64,000 nucleotides of DNA from Lama glama. Taxonomy: Eukaryota. The notes below the pieces were generated by a model. It was not told where the DNA came from and searched no databases. It saw only the letters and a program-made list of their open reading frames with translations. The position numbers and the translations under genes were made by a program. Of this stretch, positions 50,809 to 62,900 are shown piece by piece (within the stretch, counting starts at the first letter, position 1; each line of letters starts with the position of its first letter). The stretch spans positions 21,268,001 to 21,332,000 of the forward strand of contig CM052818.1 in assembly GCA_028534125.1 (NCBI GenBank). The letters run 5' to 3'.

Positions 50809-51814
50809 CACATGCCTACTGAGGCTGTAGTATTAGGAAGAAATTCAAAATCTTGGTGTGTTAGCTACTTCTTACTACTTTTGGTGAAGTCCTATAGCAG
50901 AGAAGAGATGGAGATTGAGCAAGAGAAATGTCTGTAAGCACCTTGCTTCTCCTACGTTCTCTCCTGACAAACAGGTTTTGCACTCAAGAAGGATAGAATT
51001 ACTTAAGACAGAGCAATAGATTGAAGTTGGGTGGAAGGTAAGGATTTTCAGAATCAAAGATTGTGTTCAGACAAGGTTTTGGCTTAGGATTGTTATCCCA
51101 GGAACTCACTGGAAGCAAACAGACAGGAAACCTGCTAAAAAATGCCAAGACTGGTGACAGCAACATGGGATGGCCTGTTCTACCTCTACAGTAATCCCCC
51201 AGCTCCTGAACCAGCCCCCCAAGTAATGTGTTCTAAAGCTGCGTGGCCACCATAAGAGTTGTTCCCCCCAGTGCCCACCTCAGATGTGGCTGTAAGGACA
51301 AAGAACAAGGAGATTCTCCAAGAGTGCAGATTTGCCAGATTAGCTGACAGAGGATCTCACAACCTTCAGCACGTGGAGTCCAGAAGATTGTGATATGTGC
51401 TGTGGACCGTAGATCAGTGAACACTGTGTGTGTATGCATGTGTGGCTACCTCTTTTTTTCTTTTCCTGAATGGGGTTTCTTAATTGTATTTGGGGGTGTT
51501 CTGGAGATAGATAGTTTATTTTTGCCCTTTGTCATTGCACCTGGACATGGGGCAGAGTTCAGATGCCACCACCTCCCTTCCCCAGTGGCTCCTGGAATAT
51601 GGCACCTGGTTCCACCATATCGGAACTTGATTGACAAGAATTTATATCATTCAGATATCCTGGACCCGGATCTGGATGCTGTAACCGAATGAGATTGTGA
51701 GTTGGCTCTTTCCTGTGTGGGGGATGAATGCATTTCACATGGGTAGGAGCATGTTTTATACTGAGTATGTGGGTGGGCAAAGGGATGGACTGCAGTGCAT
51801 ACTGTTTCTCACTG

Positions 51815-52440
51815 TGAAGGACGAGTTAATCAGTAGACAGCATTCATTCTCATCTCCTTCCAGAATACCTCCTGTACTGCTGAGGGTGGAAAGTTAAAAA
51901 TTAAATTTCTAGAACTCTCTTGCAGTTAGGATTCTGTATGAATAATAGGTTTTACTAATTATATGTACTTAATGCAACATTTAGAAGCTAGTGTGGCACA
52001 GCCCATGTTCCAGTTTTGGGCTTCTTTTTCTGCTGGCAAGCAAGGTTGTGGAGATGCCATGGTGCAGTATCCATTGTATGTGTGTGGGCGGGGAGAGCAG
52101 GGGGAGCTACTGAAAGATGTTTACAAAGGTGGTAACAGCTGGACTGTGTCTAATGTCCAGGCAGTTGTGACTATGGCAGTGGTTTCCAGTATAAGCTTCC
52201 TGATTCTGGAATCACAGCTATGGCAGTGAGCTCTTGAACTCAGTATTTCCCTGGTGGCCTCCTGACACCCTGCTTCTGTTTTTAAGCCAGAGGTAGTAGC
52301 AACTGGACTAGATAGTCTAGGAATCTTAGAGGCTCAGTCCAAGGTTTGCTCCTCCAATCTTCTAGAGATTTCATAAACATCTAATTCTCTGTATCAAATA
52401 TCTGGAATGGACTTTGTTTCCTAAACCCTGACTGATTTAA
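51815..52440 (+). mobile_element. LTR33-like ERVL solo LTR
   Basis: ctcctgtactgctgagggtggaaagttaaaaattaaatttctagaactctcttgcagttagg...tttgtttcctaaaccctgactgat. Confidence 0.65.
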
Positions 52441-52444
52441 CTGT

Positions 52445-52984
52445 CTACACATAAAACTTTCCCCATTCTTCTATGCAGAGCCCCAGTTTTGTCCTGGTGT
52501 TCACCTTTCCCTCACCCCCGTGTTACTTACTAATCTCAGCCAGTCTTGGCAATCCCATTTTCCTTGTTGGAGTTGGTTTGGGAAAGACCACCGATGCAAT
52601 TCTGGACAAGGGAGATGCCCAGAGGGGAAGTCTGCAGAGAGGTTTGGTTAAGAGATTTTTGCTTTATACTCGAGATGCAGAAGACAGAAGTGGCCCTTCC
52701 CTTTCACTGGATTTTGTTGTGTCTACATGTGGTACCGGGGATTGTGGTAGCCACTGCAATGCTCAAGAGAGGAGTTAGGCTGAGGAGAACACATTTAAGA
52801 CTGCTGAATGAAAAGACAGATAAACCGAAGCCCTTGATGACGTATTTAAACTGCTGAATTAAACACCCTGGAAATGCCCTATTTCTAGGCTTCTTATTTT
52901 GTTGAGATAATAAATCTCTTCATTACTGAAGAGATTTTGAGCAGGAGTTTCTGTTACTTGCACTCAAAAAATCCTGACAGTGTA
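52445..52984 (+). mobile_element. MLT1J-like MaLR solo LTR
   Basis: cagagccccagttttgtcc...caattctggacaag...ggggaagtctgc...cccttgatgac...gagataataaa...ttctgttacttgcactcaaaaaatcctgac. Confidence 0.8.
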
Positions 52985-55063
52985 TCCATAAATAACTATA
53001 TATTTTATTACACCTATAATTCACAAATAAAATAATATGGTTTGTAATGTTACATAATTCTTTTCTCCCCTACACTTTTTCCTTATCTATGCGTGTTGAT
53101 ACCTTTAAATTCAATCCATCCATTTTAACCTCTTTATTGTAGTTTGTTGAATAAACATAGCACACAGTTTATTCCCTTTTTTACTAATGGATATTTGGAT
53201 TGCTTCCAATTTTTTGCTCTTACAATGCTGGAATGAACATTCCTGTAGCGTCTCCCTAAACACATATGCAAGTATTTTTCTAGGATATTTAACAGATAGA
53301 CCGACTGGGTCATAAGATACGCACATTTCACATTTTGCTAGATACTGCCAAGTTGATCTCCAAAGTGGCTATGCCAGTTTGCATTCCCACTAGCATTGTG
53401 TGAGAGTTCCTATTTGCCATATCCTTTTCAACAATCACTATTTATTTTCTGCTAATCTTATGTGTGTGAAATGATCTCTCATTGTGATTTTAATTAGCCC
53501 TTCTTGATTATTCTGAGACTGAACCTTTTCATATGTGTTTTTAGGCTATTCATGTCTCTTAACGTGAGTCACACACTTTTCTATTTGCTTGTTTGTAGTT
53601 CTTTATTCTGAATAGTACTCTTTTGATTGTAATACACGAGGTAAACATCCTCTCGCAGTCTACTGCTCAGCTATTAATTTTGTTTATGGTGTCTTTTGTT
53701 CCATAAAATTTTCCATTTTGATGTCACATTTTTTTTCATCCTTTTCCTTTATGATTTCCCTATGTGCATGTGTGTGTTGTGTGTCTTCTAAAAAAAAAGC
53801 ATTACATATTTTGTGGTCACAAATGCATTTTCCTGTATTTCCTTCAGATAGTTTTAAAGTTTTATATTTATTTTTTAATTAATAAACTTTATTTTTTAGA
53901 GCAAAGTTCACAGCAAAACTGAGTGGAAAGTACCTCCTGTCCTCAGACATACACAATCTCCCCCACTGTCAACATCCTGTACCATATGTTACAATTGATG
54001 AACATACGCTGCTACATCGTGATCATGCAAAGTACACAGTTGACATTAGGCTTCACTCTTGTTACAGTCCACTTTATGGATTTTGACAAATGTATAATGA
54101 CCTGCATCCACCATTGTAGCATCATACAGAATAGTTTCACCACCCTCTGTGCTCTGCTTAGTTATCCCTCTCTTCCCAGTAACCTCTGGCAACCACTAAT
54201 CTTTTTACTGTCTCCTTGTCCAGAATGCCATACAGTATGTAGCCTCTTCAGAGTGGCTTCTTTCACTTAGTAATACGCATGTAAGTTTCCTCCATATCTT
54301 TTCATGACTTGATAGCTCATTCGTTTTTAGCAAGGAATAGTATTGCATTGTCTGGAGGTACCACAATTTATTTATGCAGTCATCAACTGAAGGACATCTT
54401 GGTTGCTCCCAAGCTTTAGCAATTATGAATAAAGCTGCAATAATCATCCATGTATGTGGACATAAGTTTTTAGTTCATTTGGGGTAAATTTTAAGGAGTG
54501 TGACTGCTGGATCCCATGGTAAGAGTATGTAAGTTTTGTAAAAAAAATGGCCAAACTGTCTTCCAAAGTGACTGTACCATTTTGTATTCCCACCAGCAAT
54601 GAATGAGAATTCCTTTTACTCCATATCGTTGACAGCATTTGTTGTCAATGTTTTTTTTAAATTTTGGTCATTCTAATAGGTGTGTAGAGGTGTCTCACTG
54701 TTTTAATTTGCAATTCCCTAATGACATATGATGTTGAACATCTTTTCATATGCTTTCTTGCCATCTGTATATCTTCTCAGGTAAGGTGTTTAAGTCTTTT
54801 GTCCATTTTTTAAATTGGGTAGTTCATTCTTTTATTGCTGAGTTTTCAGAGTTCTTCATATATTTTGGATAACAGTCCTTTATCAGATGTGTCTTTTGCA
54901 AATATTCTCTCTCAGTCTGTGTCTTGTCTTCTCATTTTCTTGACACTGTCTTTCATAGAGAAAAAATTTTAACTTTAATGAAGTTCAGGTTATCGATTAC
55001 TTCTCTCATGGATCATGCTTTGGTGTTGTATCTGGAAAGTCATTGCCAACCCAAGGTCATCTA

Positions 55064-57827
55064 GAAGATTGTATCAGTAATCGAAAACCTTCTGACAAAC
55101 AAAAGTCCATGACTAAAGAGCTTCAGTGGTGAATTCCCCAAACATTCAAAGAAGGATTATTACCAATTCTTCTCAGACTCTTTCAAAAAATAGAAGAGCG
55201 GGGAACCCTTCCAAACACATTTTTACAAGGCCAGCATTTTTCTGATACCAAAGCCAGAAAAGGATACTATTAAAAAAAAAAGAAAATTATAAGCCAATAT
55301 CCCTGATGAACATAGATGCAAAAAATTTTAACAAAATATTAGCAAACCAAATTCAACAGTGCATTAAAAAGATCGTACATCATGATCCAGTGGGATTTAT
55401 CCCAAGGATGCAAGGATGATTCAATATCCACAAATCAATCAACATGATACACCAACAAACTGAAGAATAAAAACCAAATGATCATCTCAAGAAAGGCAGA
55501 AAAAGCTTTTGACAGAATTGAACATCCATTTATGATAAAAACTCTCAACAAAATGAGTACAGAGGGAACATACTTTAACATAATAAAGGCCATATATGAC
55601 ACACGAATAGCCAATATCATACTCAGCAGTGAAAAGCTGAAAGTATTTCCTCTAAAATCAGAAACAAGACAAGGATATCCACTCCTGTTATTTCTATTTA
55701 ACATAATATTGGAAGTCCTAGCCACAGCAATAAGATGAGAAAAAAATAAATGGAATCCAAACTAGAAAGGAAGAAATAAAACTGTCAGATTAAATTATAC
55801 TATATGTGGAAAACTACTAAAAAACCATTAGAATAAATGAATTCAGTAAAGTTGTGGGATACAAAATGCATATACAGAAATCTGTTGTGTTTCTATATAC
55901 TAATGATGAAATATCAGAAAGAGAAATTAAGAAAACAATCCCATTTATAATTGCATCAAAAATAATAAAGTACCTGAAAATGAATCTAACCAAAGAGGCA
56001 AAGACTTCTACTCTGGAGACTATAAAACATTGATAAAAGAAATTGAAGATGATACAAACAAATGGAAGGATTGCCATGCTCATGGATTGGAAGAATTAAT
56101 ATTAGTATGACCGTAGTCCTCTAGGCAATCTACAGATTCAATGCAATCCCTATCAAAATATCAAAGGTGTTTTTCATAGGACTAAAACTAAATAATTCTA
56201 AAATGCATATGAAAACACAAATAGCCAAAGCAATCTTAAGAAAGAAGAACAAAGCAAGAGGCACCATGCCCCTGATTTCAAACTACATTAGAAAACTACA
56301 GTAATCAAAACAGTATGGTACTGCACAGAAACAGACACATAGATCAGTGGAACAGGATAGAGAGCCCAGAAATAAACCCACACTTATCTGGTCAATTAAT
56401 CCATGACAAAGGAGGCAAGAATATACAAAGGGAAAAGATAGTCCCTTCAATAAATGGTGTTGGGAAACCTGGACAGCTACATGCGAAAGAATCAAACTGG
56501 ACTAATTTCTCACACCATACACAAAAACAAACTCAAAATGGATTAAAGACTTAAATGTAAGACTTGAAACTATAAAACTAGTAGAAAATATAGGCAGTAC
56601 ATTCTTTGATATCAGTTTTAGCAATATCATTTTATCTGTCTCCTCAGGCAAGGGAAACAAAAACAAAAATAAACAAATGAGACTACATCAAACCAAAAAG
56701 CTTTTGCACAGTGAAGGAAACTATCAACAAAATGAAAAGACAACCTATTGAATGGAAGAAGATATTTGCAAATACTATATCCAATAAGGGGTTAATATCC
56801 AAAATACACAAAGGACTCATATAACTCAACATCAAAAAAAAAAAAAGAAAAGAAAAGAAAGAAAAGAAAAAGAAAAGAAAAGAAAAGAAAAGAAAAGAAA
56901 AGAAAAGAAAAGAAAAGAAAAGAAAAGAAAAAAACCTTGTTAAAAAATGGGTAGAAGACCTGCATAGACATTTTTCTGCAAAAGACATACAGTTTACCAA
57001 CAGACATGTGAAAAGATGCTCAACATTGCTAATCATCAGGGGAATGCAAATTAAAATGACAATGAGATACCACGTCACACCAGTCAGAATGGCTACCATC
57101 AAAAAGACAACAAATAACAAGTATTGGAGAGAATGTGGAATGTGGAGAAAAGGAGCCCTTAATCACAGTGGAATTGTAAACTGGTTAAGCCACTATGGAA
57201 AACAATATGGAGACTCCTCAAAAAATTAAGAATAAAACTACCATGTGATCCAGCAATTTCACTTCTGGGTTTTTACCCAAAGAAAACAAAAACACTAATT
57301 CAAAAAGATTTTATACACCCTTATGTTCATTGCAGCGCTATTACAATCGCCAAGATATGAAACCAATCTAAGTGTCCACCAACAGATGAAAAGATAAAGA
57401 TCTTCAGCCATAATAAAATGAAATTTTGCCATTTGTGACAACATGGATGGATCTAGAGGGCATTATGCTAAATGAAATAAGTCAAAGACAAAGACAAATA
57501 CCATATTATCTCACTTACATGTGGAATCCTAAAAACAAAACAAACACAACAAAATGAAAACAGACTCATAGATACAGAACAAATTAGTAGTTGCCAAAGG
57601 AGGAGGTGGAGAGGGGAGCAAAATAGGTGGAAGAGATGAAGAGGTACAAACCTCCAGGTATAAGGAATATGGTCAATAGTATTGTAATAACTTTGTATGG
57701 GGACAGATGGTTACTAGACTCTCCATGGTGATCATTCTATAATGTATGCAAATAACAAATCTCTGTGCAGTACACTTAAAACTAACATAATATTTTACAT
57801 CAACTATATTTCAGTTTAAATTAAAAA
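55064..57827 (+). mobile_element. younger 5'-truncated L1 (ORF2 RT to 3' UTR), decayed
   Basis: ORF2 RT peptides [23 protein letters not shown]...[25 protein letters not shown] and [11 protein letters not shown]; frameshifts and stops; 3' UTR ends ...aactatatttcagtttaaattaaaaa. Confidence 0.95.
56834..56934. repeat. A13 plus (GAAAA)n pure-purine tract inside L1 ORF2
   Basis: direct read. Confidence 0.97.
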
Positions 57828-58971
57828 GATACATTTTGTAACCCAGAATGTGGCCTATCTTGGTGAATGTTCCATGTGAGCTTGAGAAGAGTGTATTCTG
57901 CTGTTCTTGGATGAAGTAGTCTATAGGTGTCAATTATATCCAATTGATAAACGGTGCTATTGAGCTCAACTATGTCTTCATTGATTGTCTGCTTACTGGA
58001 GCTATCCGTTTCTGATAGAGGGGTGTTAAAGTCCCCAGCTATGGCAGTGGATTCATCTATGATTCATCTATTTCTCCATACAGTTCTATAAGGTTTTTTC
58101 TTCATTTGTTTTAATGCTTTATTGATAGGTGCATACATAGTAAGGATTACTACCTCTTCTGGGAGTATTGACCCTTCATTATATAATGCCTTTCTTCATT
58201 CCTGATAATTTTCTTTGCTCTGAACTCTGCTCGGTCTGAAATTAATATAGCTACTCCTGCTTTCTTTCGACTGAGGTTGGTTTGATATATCTTTCTCCAC
58301 CTTTTTAATTTTAATCTATTCCTGCCTTTATACTTAAAGTGGATTTCTGGTAGACAACATATAATTAGGTCTTGGGTTTTTTTCTTTAATCTATTCTGAT
58401 AATCTCTTTTAATTGGCATATTAGACCATTGACGTTTAAGTTGATTATTGATATAGTTGGATTAATATCTACCATACTTGTTACTGTTTTCTATATTTTT
58501 TTTTTGCCCTGCTCTTTGCTTTTTTGTTTTCCACATCTTTCTGCCTTCTGTGGTTTTAATTGAGCATTTTATGTGATTCCATTTTCTCTCTTTTCTTAAC
58601 ATATCAATTATACTTCTTTTTTAAATTTTTTTTTAGTGGTTGCCCTAGAGTTTGCAATATACATTTACAACTAATCCAAGTCTGCTTTCAAACAATGCTA
58701 TTCCATTTCATGGATTGTGCTGGTATCTTCTAATAACAAAATACTCCTAAGTCCTCCCTCTTGTCCCTTGTATCATCATCATTGCTGTCATTTATTTCAC
58801 TTATATATAAGCACACATAAGCATATACATATAAATACACATACATACCTATACAAATATGTAATCAAATACATTTTTGCTATTATTTTGAACAAACTGT
58901 TGTCTGTTAGATAAATTAAGAATAAGACACATAAGTCTTTATGTTATCTTCATTTATTCATTCTCTGGTGA

Positions 58972-59066
58972 TCTTCCTCCCTCCCTCCCTCCCTCCCTCT
59001 CTCTTTTCTTTTCTTTTCTTCTTTCTTTCTTTCTTTCTTTCTTTTCTTTCTTTCCTCCTTTCTTTC
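58972..59066. repeat. (CCCT)/(TTTC)n polypyrimidine repeat running into a gap
   Basis: direct read. Confidence 0.95.
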
Positions 59067-59566
59067 NNNNNNNNNNNNNNNNNNNNNNNNNNNNNNNNNN
59101 NNNNNNNNNNNNNNNNNNNNNNNNNNNNNNNNNNNNNNNNNNNNNNNNNNNNNNNNNNNNNNNNNNNNNNNNNNNNNNNNNNNNNNNNNNNNNNNNNNNN
59201 NNNNNNNNNNNNNNNNNNNNNNNNNNNNNNNNNNNNNNNNNNNNNNNNNNNNNNNNNNNNNNNNNNNNNNNNNNNNNNNNNNNNNNNNNNNNNNNNNNNN
59301 NNNNNNNNNNNNNNNNNNNNNNNNNNNNNNNNNNNNNNNNNNNNNNNNNNNNNNNNNNNNNNNNNNNNNNNNNNNNNNNNNNNNNNNNNNNNNNNNNNNN
59401 NNNNNNNNNNNNNNNNNNNNNNNNNNNNNNNNNNNNNNNNNNNNNNNNNNNNNNNNNNNNNNNNNNNNNNNNNNNNNNNNNNNNNNNNNNNNNNNNNNNN
59501 NNNNNNNNNNNNNNNNNNNNNNNNNNNNNNNNNNNNNNNNNNNNNNNNNNNNNNNNNNNNNNNNNN
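59067..59566. other. assembly gap (500 N)
   Basis: N run. Confidence 1.
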
Positions 59567-60284
59567 GAATCACAGGTGAGAGATTTTTCTCTGGTATTTA
59601 CTGTGAGAACCTCATAGAGCTCCTGGAGGTAAGACTCACAAAAGTGTGAGGGTCTCTCTACGACCGGGTCTCCCTGGAGCATCTCTCTCTTAGGCTTGTC
59701 TACACTGAGCCTCCAGCAATCTGTCAATGGCAGTTTAGGTGTTCCTACTGTGTTACTGGCTCCCATGGTGGTTTCTGCTCCAGTATGTTGTCATTCTCTG
59801 TATCCGTCTGTCTGTTTCTCCAGTTCTGGAGGTAGCCATTTGCCCTGTGATTTCACTTCTCTGACAGATCTAAGAAGAGTTGACTTTTCACTTTGTTCAG
59901 TTTTGTATTTGTTGCTAGGATGATATGAAGATTTCTAAGCTTCTTATAAAGCAGCCCAGAAATCAGAAGTCTAAAGTTTTATTTTTCATATTTAGCTCTT
60001 TAATAAATCTGGAGCTAAATTTTGTGGTGTTAAATGATGTAATATAGATAACAAATTTTATTTTATTTTTCTATAGGTAGCCAAGTGGTACAACACCAAT
60101 TATTGAACAGTCCATTCTTTCCTCACTTACATTTCAGTGCTGCCTCTGCAATGTATCAAGATCCTACATATATTTGAATCTGTTTCTGAGCTTTCTATTT
60201 CACTCCATTGTTCTTTCCATCTACTCCTGTACCAACACCACACTGTCTTAATGGCTATATTTTTATAATAATAGTCCTAGGTTA

Positions 60285-61260
60285 TTATGTTGGCAATCAA
60301 TTTACAGAAAGCCATTTTTCCCATTTTTAAAAGCTCCATTGAGTTATAATTTACCTACTCTAAACTTCACCCACTGCAAATGTTCAATTCAATGATTTTA
60401 GTAAAGTTACAGAGTTGTGCAATCACCATAATTCAGGTTAAGAACATTTCCATCACCCTATGAAGTTCCTTCTTGCCCTTTTGTAATTAATCCCCACACC
60501 TATCCACCACCCCTCCAGCTCTAGGCAACAATCATCTGTTACTTGTCTCTACAAGTTGGCCTTTTCTTGACATGTCATGTAAACAGAATGTGTACACAAT
60601 ATGCAGTCTCTGTGAAAGCCAACTTTTAAGTCAATCCACCTAATGTCCAATTTGCTAATCTTTATCCTATTCACTAACATTTAAAAATTTTTTAAGAAAT
60701 AACTTTCTTGAACATATTAAATAATAAATACTTGAATGTATTAAAATATGACAATGTTCTTCTTGAGACTATTGTCTCAAATAGATTTTATACATAGAAT
60801 ATGCATATTCTAAACTACATTTTTCTTAGCAGCATCTGAAGGAGTATTTAATTTGCCAAAAGTTAATTTATGAAGAATGTCTTCCTGAATAGTTTAATAT
60901 AGTCTTGAATATACTCATGTATAGATTGTATCTTTTCTCATATATATTACTGATAAGAATAATGAAGATTATATTATTATTAAGTCATTGACTCTATTCA
61001 TGAAGAACGCACTTGTGGTAGATAGTCTTGAATAGATCCCTGACTGCATTTACTCTGTTGAATATATCCTTGCTTAGAATTCTTCCAACTAAAGTCAAGA
61101 ATATGGCTTACAACACATTGTGGCTACTCAGTACCTCATGGAAATTTTGTGAGTCAGTCATTTGTGTAATTAATTCTTCAGCAAATTGGCTCTGGGGAAA
61201 TTAACTTTTGGCAAACTGGCCATTCATTGAATTGGCATTTGGTGAATTGGCCAACTTGCT
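60285..61260. mobile_element. ancient non-autonomous DNA transposon with subterminal repeat arrays (family tentative: MamRep137/Tigger17-like)
   Basis: ccaatt-type units of about 14-15 bp at the left (60293-60314, 60614-60680) and their reverse complements aattgg at the right (61175-61255). Confidence 0.55.
60315..60613 (-). mobile_element. L1MB-like 3' UTR inserted in the DNA transposon
   Basis: attgagttataatttac...aattcaatgattttagtaaagttacagagttgtgcaatcacc...agaacatttccatcacc; candidate TSD gaaagcca at 60307-14 and 60614-21. Confidence 0.8.
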
Positions 61261-62479
61261 AATATATCTTGATAGCTTATGAAGCAAATCCCTTATCTTT
61301 CTTCTTTTCAGATGTATGTTGCTTACTTATGCACTTTTCCTTTAATGTACAAGTCTTAGAATTAGATTAAGTTCTGTAGAAAATTTCTACTGGAATTTTG
61401 TTTGGAGTTACACTGATTAAGTCCTGCCTAATAAGTTATTATTGGAGTTAGAAGTGCTAATACTTTTTGTATGTTTGTGCTATACCCAGCAGCCTTGAAA
61501 AATGCTCTGATTAGGTCTAAGAGTTCAGGTTTGGGGTTTTCTATGTAGATAATTATGTCTATAAATAATAATTTTTTCTCTTTCCTTCCTTATAACTATT
61601 TTTTCCTGTGTTATTACATTCTTTAGGACCTCAAGTGTAATCTTGGGTAAGAGGAGCAATAGAAGACATCCAGTCTTTTTCTTGACATCAAAGGAAATCC
61701 TGATAAACTTCAAACAGTAAGACTGTAGATTTTGGATGATACTCTTTATCAGATTAAAACAGGTCCCTTCTATTTCTAGTCAGATAAACATTTTCTTTTC
61801 TTTTTAAATATTTTTTAGTTATGAAAGAGTACTATCCTTGTCCAGGTTTAATACCAAGGTTTAACTAGCTGTATACAATGAGTTACCCTTTTCTAAACTT
61901 CTACTCTCTGGAACAGCTTGTTTTGATGATGGATTTAAGAACTGCTTTAATTGATTTAGTAATGATTATAGGTCCTTAAAGTTAGCAAATTTCCTTGGGT
62001 CAGTGTTGATAATTATCCATTTATCTAAGTTTCCAAATTTTTTAGCACAAAGTTGTCTGTAGATTATTTTATGATTTAAAATTTTCTGCTGCTTCTGTAG
62101 TTATGTCTCCTTTCCCTACCCAAATCATTATTTGTATATTCTTTCTACTTTCTGTTTAATCTATTAATCTGTTAGAAGTATACTAAAATCTCCCATTGTA
62201 ATTTTTTATGTAAAAGTTTTCCCCTTATAATTATGTTAGTTTTTACTTTATATGTTTTGAAGCTATTTTATCAGGTACATGTAATTTCATGGTAATTAAT
62301 GCCTTATTTGTTCATTGTTCTATTTATCATGCAATGTTTCACACTGTCTGTATTTATGCCTTTTTCCTTAATTTTTATCTGATATGAATAGTTATTTTGA
62401 TTAGTATTTGCCTTGTATATAAGTGTATTTTGTTTTTGAAAATGAATGGTATATTATACACATAGATTTGTACCTAGCT

Positions 62480-62900
62480 TTTGTGAAAAAAGTTATTGGG
62501 GGAAAATAACATGCACATAGAAAAGGAAAAAAGCACATACAGAGAGATTTAATGACTATAAAGTGTACACCTGTGTGACCACCACTCAGATCAAGAAACA
62601 GAACACTGCCAGCACTCCACAGCCTCCCATTTGCCTCTCCTTAATCATCCGTTCCCTCCCTCCCTCCCTGCAGAGGGAAGCATTCTCTTGACTTTTGTGA
62701 TCGTCATCGCCTTGTTGTTGTCTATAGTTTCGCCTTCTCTGAATGCATCTCTAAACAATAAAGTTCAGCTTTAGCTGTTTTTCAACTTTATGTTAATGGA
62801 ATCATATTGTATACCTTCTTTTGTGTCTTGCTTTTTTTTTTTTTTTGCTCAATATTACATTTTTAAGATTGATCCTTGTTGTTGAATGTAATGCACTTTG
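62480..62900 (-). mobile_element. L1ME-type 3' UTR fragment
   Basis: cacctgtgtgaccaccactcagatcaagaaacagaacactgccagcactcc...aatggaatcatattgtatac. Confidence 0.75.

Larger units (their letters stand above)
53866..59971 (-). mobile_element. L1MC-type element with both ends, internally deleted
   Basis: L1MC-like 3' UTR (tttttagagcaaagttcacagcaaaactgagtggaaagtac); EN-region translation at 58150-58419 (IICCLPEIHF...WRKIYQ...KKAGVAILISD); L1MCa-like 5' end (...cagaaatcagaagtc); TSD taaagttttat at 53855-65 and 59972-82. Confidence 0.8.
53040..62400 (-). mobile_element. ancient L1ME host element, fragmented by nested insertions
   Basis: antisense ORF2/3' sequence at 53040-53865 resumes at 59972-60280 and 61262-62400. 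Confidence 0.65.

Noticed and set aside
55478..57229. Reverse-transcriptase-like ORFs as a functional or novel gene
   Set aside because: Frameshifted, stop-ridden L1 ORF2 remnants
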